From Auanema rhodensis (lineage: Eukaryota; Animalia; Nematoda): a stretch of 64,000 nt of DNA. Under the pieces are notes generated by a model, which made no database searches, was not told the DNA's origin, and saw only the letters and a list, made by a program, of their open reading frames with translations. Of the stretch, positions 24,428-38,201 are shown in pieces. Made by a program: the position numbers and the translations under genes. Position 1 is the stretch's first letter; each line of letters begins with the position of its first letter. The DNA is taken from the NCBI GenBank assembly GCA_964057225.1, contig OZ059895.1, forward strand, positions 17,236,001-17,300,000, read 5' to 3'.

Positions 24428-27400
24428 TATGTATATACTATGAATTTTGGTTCAAAATGTTCCTCTTATTTTTTGATGTGATGTATATATAGATATATTA
24501 CTTTACGTATTCAATATTGGTATATTTTAAGAACGGTTTTTAACAAGCCCTTGCCAATATTTTCTTGCTGTTGAAGTAATCAGGCTCTCTGTCAAGTAAC
24601 ATTCCTATGCCCTTGACATTTTCGAAACTGTCTCATCTTTCATGTTCACCTATCTATCTAACTATCTGTGCTCGATGCTGTTCGAGTTTCATACTGTAAA
24701 TTTAACTTAGTTCGAATTCTTCTTTGGAAAAAGCCTGCTTTCAAACAAAGAAGCTGCTTTTCAGATTGTACGATACGAATGCATCTCACCTACCCGGGCA
24801 TCTTAATCTAATTCTCACAAAAGGTTTATTTCTGATTGTCTCGTGGCAGCTCAGACGTACACCTTTAAATGTGCATGTTATTTTGTACTTGAGAACATTC
24901 TTTCTTATTCATAGGTTTTCCAAGTTAGCCTAATCTCTTTTGGAATTGATCTAAGAAACATCTTTCGTTAATATCTGGCTTAGCTGATGCCACCGGATCC
25001 TGCTTCAAGCATCTAGGCATCTGCAACAACAGTAGTAAAAGAAGATGCTGAAGCAGGTCAGTGCGAGCGCTACTCTTTCTGTCTGATGTGTCTCTTTGAC
25101 TGAGCAGTAGGCTAGCTAGCTTTTCTTGTCTTGGTTTAGCTGTCCTGGCCAGGGATGGGCTGGGCTAGGCTGGGCTGGTTCCTACTTGATAGTTACTGAA
25201 AGAAACAAAAAGAATTTAATGCTGTTGTACTTTCGTCTTATCTCTATTCATATGTTGCATGTTTTTTCGACTACTTTTGAAGGCTGTTCCATATAATACT
25301 TTTCAAGCCTGGAAAAAGTTTCTCTTCTCTCGATTCAGTTTTGTAAAAATTCTGTAACCTTCGTTCACATACTAGCAGTCTGTTTAATGGGCCAGCTGGT
25401 CGTAAGAACCATGAGCCGCTTCGCGGCGGGATGGCCTATGAGAGGATTCAAGTAAAGTGTTCGAAATTCTCGTTTTCAGTTGCCGTCATTCATTCCTTCA
25501 ATGTTTCCCTCAAATGTCTTTTCCACACCTCACATAAGTCCCTGTCCTCTTTTTGTTGCTTCTGGTGCTAGATTTCCTCATTTCTTGTATTCAACTGTGT
25601 TCCTTACTCCTGTTCCTCCTTCCTTCCTTCCTTCCTTCCTTCCTTCCTTTCCTCATCTATTACTTGTTTCCTTCGTTCCCTATCGCTCGCGTCTTTTTTC
25701 TCTGTCTATGGCATCACAGTCGTTTTCATCGAAGTCGTTACATTGCCGCTTCCAGTGGAGAGAAACAGTGCTGTCAGCGGTGGGGGTAGGGTAGTTGTAG
25801 TTGTAGATGACAAGGGAAAAGAGCGATGTAGAGTCAATCAACTAGTCTTGTCTTCCGACCTATCCACTCCTTACCAGGAACAGAACAGAGAAAGAAGAAA
25901 TAGTATCTAACTACTCTCGACTGAAACTGATGACGATTATCTATTAAAGTGCCATATACCCTGTTTAATTGAAAACAATTACAGATATTAGCCTTATATA
26001 TCGAAGTTTTTTCGGAGCCAAAGAGTCTGTCGTTTGTAACAAACCGTCTGCCTGTCTGATAGTAGTCTCTTCCCACATTTTTTTCAGTCGCGGGCTGCAT
26101 ATATGATCATATATATATATATGATAATGCTCTCAGACCATATACGACGTAGTCTAAAAACCCTACAATGACAACGACGACGTCCGCCACCAACACCACG
26201 ATCACACAGCCCCTCTCCAACAAGCCAGCCAGCCCAGCCCCTGTTTCGATTCTGCGCTTCTACATTCCATGCACTATTTTCAAGCTCTTCTCTCTCTACG
26301 ACAAGCCTGCTATCTCTTCTTTTTTTCCCCGTCTGCCACGAACGCTAGTACCGCCCCGCGTCCGCTTCGCGTCTCTTCTCTTTTCCAGTTGTTGGGGCAT
26401 GCTACCATCCATCCATCCATCCATCCAGCCATCCAGCCAGCCAGTCAGTCAGGCATCCTTCCCAGCCTACTCTACACCCTGATCACGTCTATTTATCTTT
26501 TCATTCCATCTGTCTATCATCGATCCTTTGACCTGATGCGGCAAGCCCGGATCGTGCAGGTTCAATGCCCATTCCTTATGCCGAAAGACTTGACACCAGC
26601 AAGTGCCGTCAATTTTTCTGGATCATCTATGTTATGACTAACTGATATTTCTCTATTTTTTCTGCATTGAATTATTTTTTATCTCGCTGACAATTATGCC
26701 TGCCATACTATGTATAATAGTTTTTTTTAATCTGTTATTTTTCTTCTAGTTGATATTTGTCGACATGTTGCGCCCCCCGACTTTTCTACATCTCATAATC
26801 TTGCTTTTTCTTTTTCGTGCGCCCTCCCTCTTCACGTGTACTACGGTTTCCATTCCTTCTGACAATGGCATACCACCTTCTCGTCCCTTTCACATGCCTC
26901 CGTCGTACTCTTCTCTTGTTCTCTGTTTCTGTCTCCGTCCTTTTCTCTTACTGCTTTCCTGTCGGCCTGTTCGGTCTCGGCTCGGTCTTCAGTCTGTATG
27001 TTTGCCAGTCTATCAGTCTATCCCTTCGCTGCCATCCTGATCCGTTATACCTCCCAGCGTTCGCACCTTTCTGTTTTCCGGACATCACAGTTCGGAATCT
27101 GATTGTTCTTATCCTTTCTTGTCTTCACAAGTCAATTTCATGGCGTCAACGGCCGCTGCTGCGCGCCATCAGTTTTCACCTCGAGTCTCTCTTTCTATCG
27201 ATCTATGATCAGAGAGGACTAAAGAAATGAGAGATACCCGCTAGCCTTGAAATTCGTCTGCCACCACTTTTTCGCTAGTTGCCGGTCGTGGTCTTCAGCA
27301 TTGTGTACCATTCCCAGTTACTGGACTTCCATGTTGCCAAAATTTTAGTAGCTAACTTATTGATAACTGATGGTGCTCTCCAGGATTCTCTGTTGTTTTA

Positions 27401-30400
27401 CCGATCAAATTTAGTCACACACAGATCAAATGTTTGATTTAGCCTGTATTTTTTTATTTTCGTGTTTATTTTTCTCTCTTTACCATAGTCATATTGATCG
27501 TAGTTCCATGTCACCTTACACATGCTTCCTCTAGCCCAGACAATAGAATTGATCTTGTAAGCCCAGTTTGTCTTTGCTCCTGCTTATGGATGCTCTTGCT
27601 CATGAATTGCCTTTCTACAATATTTCCCACAAAAGCTAGCTGTCTTTGTTTCGGACTCAAGTTCCCCTTCTACTTTCTACCGTAGCAATTATGGGATTTT
27701 CTGTCTGCGTCCTACTTCACTTTCACACGTCGTTCTCACATTATTTTTCCCAGGAACAACTTCATATTGCGATTTTTGAAGTGGTATTTTGTGTTCCGAC
27801 TTTATGTTTCTTCGTGAACTAATTATAAGTCCCTGAACCCGAGTTTCCTGCCCTTTTCGACCTCACCTACACAGCGAACTGTAGATAAATGGGTCCCGGG
27901 TGATTACCAGCCTTGTACTACCTTAAGATAGAGTTATAACAAAATGCACAATTCGCATCGTGTCTATATGTACCAGCTTAGAGGCCAATTTATCTTTTTT
28001 TTTTACCGAGTATTTCGATTCTTTCTAGTCGGAGTACTGATCAAATTTTCTTGATAACGTCTTATCTTCGTGTCTGCCCTCCTCCATCACATTGTCCTTC
28101 ACTCATTCTTTTCGTATCAGCTGCTAGCTGGTCTCTATTTCTTAGCCTGCCTCTTGATGTGCTGTATGTCTGTTGTTACGTCTGTTCTTTTGTGCTTGTT
28201 CTATTGCTGTTGTCTCTCATTATAATCATCCTCTACATACGACTTTTTTCAAATTTACTTTCTATTCGTTTTCTTTGTTTTTCGAGAATGAGCTATCATG
28301 GCCAGTCTCTTATATTGATATGAAAAAAGCTTGCTAGATCAGCTTTGCGGATAGTGCTGATAGATAGATGTGCAGCGTTATTTCACATTAGTATTTTACT
28401 CAGTTTCATCTATTCTATTCGAGAAGCACCGAGGCGGAAAGCGGCTTCTACTGATGGTGCCGTTCTTCCTCTGTTTTTTTTTGTAGCTGTTCTAGTCCTT
28501 TCCTGTCTCTCTTTCATCTTTCCTCACCACCCTATACTTGTTCGGCTTCACATCTCGTTCTACTGATTATCGTCTTCCTCATTCTCTTTTTCGCTCTTCT
28601 CACTCTCGGTTTTTCGCTCTAGCCGCTGGTTCGAGCTGCGGCTGTTGTGGCTGTGTGACGGCCCCCAGCCGAAGCACTTTACCTTCCAAAGTGCAAGCCT
28701 AGATGTACTTTCTTTCTAGTATTGATAAATTCGCCATCCACTTTACCATCGACTACAAAGCGTCGAGAGGGCCAGAACATCGATTTCGCTTCTATATTCT
28801 GTCTTATGTCGCCATTTACACCAACTTTTCAGATCATTATATTTTCCACGTTATATTCATTCGATCTCATCTCTCATTTACTCGTAATTAAGAATAGCGG
28901 GAGCGCCTGCTTGACTTCTTCGGGCTCAGTTTTTCTGCTTCTCTACTGCTTCATATTGTTACATACTCCCTGTTCACTCTGTTCTGCTCTTCAATCCACA
29001 CATTTCCTGAATCCATCTCCGTATTAATCTGTCACACTCTTCTTCTCTAACTATTTCTCACTGACATTGACATCATTTTTCTCAGCTGAAGTGTAGGCTT
29101 GACGTTGCTTTCTACTCATCTCCATGCATTTTGCCTGGCTGACTAGTCATAACCTTTATGACGTTCGTGATCTTTTATTCTATTCTTTCTTTATTCCGTT
29201 CTTCATTTCATGTTTATCCACTGCTGATATTCATATCCAAAATGCTTTATTCTACTATACTTTCTGGATAAATGCCTATATTTATTTGCTGCTTCTGAAG
29301 ACAATCTTTACATCCTAAGTTTTTGCAGGCTCTTCGCTTGTTACCCAGAAGATAGAAGCCTCCGTATCCCAATCCCGTGCGCAGAGGAGAGAGCTGGACC
29401 AACAATGAGCGCTGGAGGAGGAGGACTTACTGCTGCTTCCGTAAATGTTGGCAGCATTGAGCCTACTCCGGGAACACCAACACATCTTGGAGCAGAATCG
29501 TCGGCATGTCGGCCGTTTATTCCGTCTCCAGACGACAATTTGGAAGACCTAACACCTGTTTCACGAGACCGTTGCAACACATGGCCATTACCTCGTCCGG
29601 CTCTTGACATAAATTCTCAAACAAGCCCTTTAATTCATGAACAGATACCTGAAGAAGATTCAGAGTGAGTTTTTTTTATAAAGTTTCAACTTTAACTTCA
29701 TGAAAAAACTTTTGTAAAGTTATCTATATCCCTCATGCTGGCATTGGATCAACTGCCGCATGTTGTGAGCCTTTGATTAGTCATCGGTCCACAAAAGTGC
29801 TGTCTTCCCGCTGAACTATTCTTTGCCTGCCCTTTTTATAGCTGCCAGTTTTCTTTTATAATCAAGCTTTTTGTTTAATTATAAACGACAGTCTAACGGC
29901 CTGTAACTTATTGATTCGATTATCACCGACAGCTAGCTAGATACTGACAAGCAATGAGATTTATAAAATAAAATCTCATCACTTTTATAATTGTAGTCAT
30001 AATAGTCCAAAGGAAGTATTGCCTTTCGTAATTCGCGTAAATGATGTTACATTACTAGATAGTTGTGACTACAGTTACACACCATTTCACATAACATCAA
30101 TGCGAAGTGAAAAAAAGATTAGATACACAGTAGTTAGTAGATAGTTAAATAGATAGATGAATTATTTTCGTCTACTTTAGACTATATGATAGCTCTGAAA
30201 ATGTGGGAAGACTTGGTGCCATGTCGACCGCTTCTACGGGAATGGTACATTCTCCGGAGAATACCATGAATTTTTCTCCTGGGTACGCTCATTTTATTTA
30301 CTTTAAATAGTTAAGATAGCAGTTTTTTGAAATAATGGTTTACGAAAAGATTCAATATATCTATTTTTAACATCACTATACTGCATAAATCGTGTATGTT

Positions 30401-33400
30401 TTTACATAATGTTATAGCATGTCTTCTCCCATAATGAATGGAGTACCTGCATCAGGAGCTTCTGATACCTCAGATCCGGGATGTACACCTGGTTCTAAAA
30501 AGTCCACAACTAGGAGAAACGCATGGGGAAATTTAAGTTATGCTGATTTGATAACTCAGGCAATCATGCAAAGTCCTGATCAAAGGCTAACACTTTCTCA
30601 AGGTAAGCAACATTCAACTTTTTTTTCTGCTGTTTCATATTTTTAAACCATTTTTCGAATTTATCTTTACAATTTTTCATTTTAAAGTTCATTTATCTTT
30701 TATCGTAATTTGTATGAGCGATGAATCTTACATTAGTAATGATGAAGATCTATAATCTTTTTTTCGTATTAGCTGATAATGGCATTTAGCTCACTGTTTT
30801 TGCTTAAGTTAGATAACTTTTGTATAGCACAATCTTCATTCCTCAGTAAGAAAAATGAAATATTTTGGCCTTTTATACCTCTATGCTTTCTTTCTGCTTG
30901 ACTTCTTAACTCATTAGCTTTTAGTAACCGACGAAGTATATCACGCCATCCTGTGATATATATCTCAGTTTGTCGAAAATAAAGCTTGTTCTCTGATAGA
31001 AATACTGAATCAATTTTAGAGCTATTTTCGGGTTGCTTACACGTATGCGAACAGTATTAATGACATGATTTGATTTATCTCCAACAATGAAATTTACTCA
31101 AGCGTATCCAACTTTCTTAAGTTCATATTTTCAGTTTACGAATGGATGGTACAGAATGTGCCGTATTTCCGTGACAAAGGTGATTCAAACAGTTCTGCTG
31201 GTTGGAAGGTGCGTGAGCTTACTTTTACATAAATGTATATGCATAACAATGGCTATAAGTCATATGAGGTGAGAACTGCATCCAATAAACGAGTATATAC
31301 ATATGATAATGGTGTAATATGCCTAGTTTTATTCTATATAGTGGTTTCTTGAATATCATAATTTCCAAATTGAACTGTTTTGCTCTTATATGGGCGTGTG
31401 TAAGTATATATTTATAATATATCTTTATATATATCGATGAAAAAAAGTTGCACCCACATACTAGAATTCGTACTGTTCAAGTTGTGACTATTCCAAAATG
31501 CAACAGTTCATAGAACAATGAAATGGCATTTTTCACTGGAAATATCTTAATTGAACAGAACTTTACCCAGAATTCTTTTTGGAGAGTAGAATAGAAGGCC
31601 ATCTTCGTAACAGGAATGCGGTATATAGCCTGGTTCAATTTGTTCTCTTATCACCTACGAGAGTGCATGTGACCTTCTGTTCTTTACCTGATGTTATAGG
31701 CGTAGACATCATCTGTAAGAATAATTTCAAATGCCCTTTCATAATTAGATGGACATACAATATAATACAAGATTTGCAATTTCATTTTTTGTTAGTTCAT
31801 TTGCTGAACAATGAGTGATTAAGTTGACTATAATTTAAAAAGGTGCTGTACTTATTAGTAGTTTAGTTACACATTTTGTATGTATTTTGCCTTTTTATGG
31901 TCGTAACTGCTATCACTTCTCTTTTTTCATCTTCACTATCGTTGTTTAGTATTTTAAAACGAAGAAAAACTTTTTCGACACTAGATTTTGAAATGTGTTT
32001 CTTTGTTTTTCTGATCTGCCATTGTACGCCATTGAGGCTGACGAAACAGAGTCTGTTTAAGCTGGCAGTATGAAGTCAAAGTGATTGTCTCCATTCACTC
32101 ACTCATACCCTCACTTTCTTTTTTTCTATCTCTCTCATCATATCACATGTGATTTTGAAAAATGTTTTAAACTATCATCACTATAACTGTTGTGAATATC
32201 AGGGCAGGTGGTCTATCTATTTTTTGCTGAACAAAAAATCTGACGGCTAGTATGCATGGGATACTATATAGCAACGCTAAATGAAAAATTGCTAGTTACC
32301 ATATCAGAGCCATTTTCAGAGCAATTACGATATGCTGACGAAGGTTTGCTGGAAATTTTTGATGTGTCCATTCTTTTTTAATTTTCTAAGTCTTGTGCAA
32401 ACTGTTGTTCATAAAAAGGTGAAAAATGTAGGCAGTCAAAACAGCTAGAAGGATTCTCTTCGAAGAATAGATTAATTTGAACGCGTGATGAATAGAAATT
32501 TTAGTGAATTGTCATTAAGTTGTACACCAAAATGAAAACGAATATTCTTGCACATCCTTTGCTTGAAAAGTATCCTGATTACTTTCAGCCTTTTTATAAT
32601 AGTGAATGAGAACTTCTATGCATATGAGAGAATCATGACAATGAAATAGGCAGGAACTTCTGGTTGTCCACGGTGTAAAGTTACTTTATTGAGAAAGAAA
32701 TATTTTTAAAAAATAGTGTATTACATACTACGAATGGCTGAAATCTATCTCCTATTCATTTTTTCTCTCTCTTTCTTTCTTATTATTGTTTGATTATGTA
32801 GCTAATTTTAAAGAGAGAAAGGGGCGTTTCGAATCTCTTCTTTAGACTGCCTCTTTCCATTCTTTTCCTAGCTATTCTGACTTAATAAGATGTTCAATAG
32901 ACTCAACATCCGTTATTTGCAGAAAAAATACGACTTGTATCAATTAGATTTCTACTGAATGTATTTGATCATATTTCTCAGTATAATTTTTGATTTATAT
33001 GCTGCTATTAAAATATGAGCTTTACTCTTTACGTTATAAACGAAATGGAGATTAATTGATTTCTTTTCTGATATCTTTCATAATAAAGAACGCAGTGTTG
33101 CGACTCCCACTCTGAATTGGTTATTCTTCGTAATGTATAAATTGCACATAATTCTTTAGCCCCCGTTTCACCCTCAATTTAACGTATCATAAAATTGAAG
33201 TGTTCGTTCACGGCTTCTTGGATAGTTGTTTGCTGTTTTACTTTAACTTTACCAACCATATATGACTTCCTTTGCTCTACTGAACACATTTTCTAATGTC
33301 TCGCCTATACTAATGCCGATGTGTTCTTAAATGGTTTTTCGATTGTATATTAGCTGAAAGTAATGATTCCTCGAAAAACGAGAACGCTATATCCTTGTAA

Positions 33401-36400
33401 AAAGAGGTGTCATAATCATCAACTATTGTCTCCTACTTGTCGTTTTCCCCTATATTGATCAGCAGCTGGTTATCTATCTTTTTATGTTCATCTTTCATCA
33501 ACTCGATGGTTCTTCTATCACAGCATATTCTCTTTCTCCAAACCTCGCTCTGCCTCTCTTAATCTCCGTACTTCTTTTCATCTTTACTCCATCCTCTCAC
33601 CATGCTGTCTATACAAGAGAATTGGTAGCTTTATTGTTCATTCAAAAAACGAATTGTAGTTTACTACCGTCTAAGCAACACTAGTTTCTTTTGAAATTGT
33701 TCAATGCCTTATATTGCAACTATACGTTTTGCTACGGAACGCTAGCAAGTATGAACGCATCATATTGGTCTTTGCTGTTCATCTTCTAAGCTCAAATCGC
33801 CGATGGTATCAGTATCTATAGATGTGCAAATATAGGCACAGCCTTTCACGAACACCTGTACCAGCATGGTTCATCCTCGGCGCAGTTATTCATTGTGAGC
33901 TGATATTGAGAAGGAACTAAAAGCAATGATATGCTCTCTTGCTTTTTCTATCTTTTTATGCCTGCCTCTCTGTTTTCCGCATTCTGTCTAACTATTGCTT
34001 CGTTCGTCTCTTTTTTTCGAACACTGAATCTGAAATTGTATTCTGTACAACGTACGTTGTACATAACTCTTGCCTGTGTATGGATGTTTCAGGCAACGTT
34101 TGCTATTTTTTACCTAACATATTTGTGTGATGAAATATGAGCGATGTGTGTCGTAAAAGTTTATACGCAGTTTTATTTTGCTCATTGTCTTTAACCAGCT
34201 TGATAACTGGGGTTTTTTGTGAACATGGATTGGCAGGCGCTAATGCTATCTTGATATAATTATTGTTTCGAAGAAGTTTTATTAAGATTGATGACTTTGA
34301 GAAAATAAAAAATTCATGTGCATTAATACACCCAAATTCCCTCAGAGTTAAGTTTTATTGTTTCTATTCTTTACTGAAGTTATATTATTATGAACTATTT
34401 TATCACTATCGTCCTACCCTCTATCGTGCATACCGCTTCAATTTTGAATTTGAGAGAAAATCCCTCCTGTTCTCAATTTTTTCAATAAAAAAATGGAAGC
34501 CGCGAACTATGACGACCTTTCTCATGGCTCCGTTGTCGTGATGCCACGTACCCGAAGATGGTCTTCGACTCCGGGCAGCACGCCTCGGATCTCTCCCGTG
34601 TTCGCGCTGCCATTTTGCAGGAGCATTGAAAGCCAATGAACAACGAGAGAATGAGAAAGAAAAAGGAACACGCGCAATCCTCTTCTCATTCGCCGGTTCT
34701 CTATCCGCCCGTGTTCGCCGTCGTGTCGGGCTCTGGGCGGGCTCGAAGAGGCTCCTGTTGCTGCCGGCTGGTGCCGGCCGGCCGGTTGGTCGGTCAGAAT
34801 GCGAGCGGCGTTCCATCTCCCCGCCTCAGACCGCTCGCGCACCATTTACAAAGAGAGGGTTGAAGCGAGAGAGCAGCTCAAAAGAGTGAAGAGATAGACT
34901 ATTGTAAAAAAAGAGAGAGAAAGAAGAAGGCGATGAAAAGAAAAAGAGGAATGGAGCACAAGGCATTCGTCGTCGTCTTCATCTTAGGTTTCGATCCTCC
35001 TTCTTAGCTTTTTCTTACAATTTATTGTGAGTATCATTCTTCATTTCTTCCTTGTTCGCAACTAGTTAACTCTTTGTTCCACAATGTCACTATTGCTTTG
35101 TTGATTTATTCAATTCTTTTTTCATAAGTCTTATCTCAATTCAAATGAAATTTTCGTATTCAGACATACCTGAGCTAATCAGGAATTCATTGTGTTGGCT
35201 TTAAAATTTCGTAATTATTTCGTTATGTTACTCAATCCCCTTCTAGTTTCCCTTTGAAGCTGTTTTAGGAAATAGCTTATATCCATAAAAATTTCCATTG
35301 CACGATTGATGGCGTTGAAAGAAGCCGAATTTTCGAATTTCAATTGCGACTGATTTCAAGACCCTGTAGATGAACGAAGTTGAATACTCTAACTCAATTT
35401 GAATATTACATCTTAAATTCCAACTTGTTCAGTTATATTTCTGCATATACTGCTAAGCTGTTCATAGTGACGATGGTGGAGAGGAGTGTACACATTGTAT
35501 TGATATGATCTCCCTCTTCGCTCTTGTTCCTCTTCGCTCATGTTGATAGCATCCTCTTTGATAACACTAAATGACCTCTTGATGTGGCTAACATCATGTC
35601 AAATATTCTCTATTATGTTTCTCAAATTTCGCATCTGGTTCATTGCTTTATGGCCTTTTATTTTCTTTTCGAGTTCCACTAGGAACCTATGCTTAAAATA
35701 TCCCGATTAAGCTGCTCATGATTATAAGCTTTAGATGCATGAGGAAGGGGGGTCATCTTTCTTCTGCTGTTGCCGACTACCATCACTTACCATATATGTC
35801 TACTCCTGCCACCAACTTGCTGTTGTTCTGTTTTTCGATTTACTAATTGGAAAAGATGAGATGCCTTTCATTTATCATCAGGCTCTCTTCCTTTTTTTCT
35901 CTTCTCCTCTTCACGACTTCATTACTTTATGAAGCTGTTTCATCAGGCTATTCTTGCATCTCTTGATATGCATGACCGTAGATAGCGTGACGCTATTTCC
36001 GAATTTAGCCTCGTGTTTTCCCACTCAATCCGGCACCTATATTAGAGCATTCATATGAGCAAGGAGAAGCAACTAAATTGGATATCAAAAGCTATCCAAG
36101 CGCCTTTTTCTTCTTCACATTCTATATCTCATTTCCCCGTATATATCCATCGACCAACCTATTCTTCTCCTCCTCTTTCCGTTTGGTGGTGGATGTATGT
36201 CTCTGTAGAGTGAGGATGAACCATAGCTAAAAGAGATCGCTTTGCTTGCAGTAAGGTGGAAAGACTGACAGAGTGACAGTGAAAGAATGGATCCAATTGG
36301 GAGAGCACAAAGAAGGTAGAGAGAAAGAGGATCGAGGGAGAGAGTGACCGCTGAACGACCCCTGACCTCGGCACTGGTCGCCGCCCCATCATCGATCGAC

Positions 36401-38164
36401 AAAAAACGAACGTAGGGTGAAGGGGGAGAAGGAGCGAGAGAGAGGCCTCCCCCCGTGTCTCGTCGCTCCACTACCACGCGACGCACACAATCGACCCACA
36501 CCGCCTGCCGTTTTTTTTTGCCCGCCTGCTCATAACTCGCCTCTGCTGCTGCTGTTGCTGCTACAGCTACTACAACTTTTTTTTCTTCTACTCCTCCCCT
36601 TTTCTCTCTGTTCCTTCTTTTTTCCTCTCTCTCGATCTATCTGTACAGACAGAGATAGAAACTCCATCTACCCTCCAACAACGAGCAGAGATAGAGAGAA
36701 AAAAGTTATTTCTCCCCCCCCCTCCCCCAGGCAGACAAGCCTGTTTGTCGCGTTCGATTAGTTTTGATTCGCTCTTCGTTCGTTCCTACGTTCGTGCGTT
36801 CGTACGTTCGAACGTTCGTGCGTTCATGCGTTCCGGCGTTCGTGTGATGATTTGTTCGCTTATAATCTTCTCGGATCGTTTGTTTCCTCTTTCCTATGTT
36901 TTTTAGCTTCCCAACCGTTGAATTTCATTCATACACTTCTTTTCTGCTGATTTTTTAATTGCTGAATGATCAGTTTAAAATTTGTAATATGAATCTTTAT
37001 GCCTTGAGCCTCATTTATCTGCTTTCCTGTCTACTGTAAACTATAATTTTTCTCTAAAACTGCCACTAATAATATTAATCGTTCATCTTATTTTTATTTC
37101 TTCATATCTCGTGTCCATATCAGGCTCATGGAAGCTTGCTTTTCTAAATTTTAACTAGAGTGTTTTTTTTTGCTTGTATGTTTATTGATTTCGTTTTCAT
37201 CATATTGATCAGCTTCTAAGATTCTTTTTCTTTATCAGCGCCCAAATGGAGGCCTCAATATCCGGATCCATTGATGACGATTTTGCTCCGGAACCGCGTG
37301 GCAGATGCTATACATGGCCTATGCAACAGTTTGTCTATGAGCCTCCGGGAACAAATCTAAATGACTCAAACTCTTCTGTCTGCCGGGAGCAGACTGTAGG
37401 TCAGCTTCTTCAAGCTACACCTTCTTCCTCCAATATGGGATCACATCTGATGCCATTGGGAGGAATTCCGATGGGCGCTGGCGCCCAAGGCCTACAAGCG
37501 CCAGCTAAGAAGAAACGCTGTCGCAAGAAGCCAGCTGATCAGTTGGCTCAGAAAAAACCAAATCCATGGGGCGAAGAGTCATACTCCGATATTATTGCCA
37601 AAGCACTAGAGTCAGCTCCTGAAGGTCGTCTGAAACTGAACGAGATCTATCAGTGGTTCTCAGACAATATTCCTTATTTCCGGGAGAGATCTAGCCAAGA
37701 AGAAGCTGCTGGTTGGAAGGTTTGTTGTTTAATTCATTTTCTTTTTTTTTCACTTTTTATCTGCTTTGAAAATGCTATTTATATTTCTTTTATTCATCCA
37801 CTTATTTCATGAATACTTTTCTCGCTTATATATATTATTTATTTATTTATTATAATATATATATATATATATATAAGCTACTCCGTCTTCCTTTTTGCAC
37901 TCAAATTGTGTTCAATCAGCTGAGCAACAGTTGCCATCTGTGCTTTTTGTGTGGCTGATTCTTTTCGACAAAAGATCTCACTTTCGGTGAAATTGCTACA
38001 AATCTAAGAAATCAAAACAAAAATTGGAGACCAAACGAAATTTTTTTTCGCAGGAAATACGTTTTCCCAACGTATATTTCTTTAATTATTCTAGCTATTA
38101 GAACTATTATGTGGCCAACTGCCTAATAGTCTCGTTTTTTCTTTTCATTATGTTGCTCCATATC

Positions 38165-38201
<37 letters not shown>

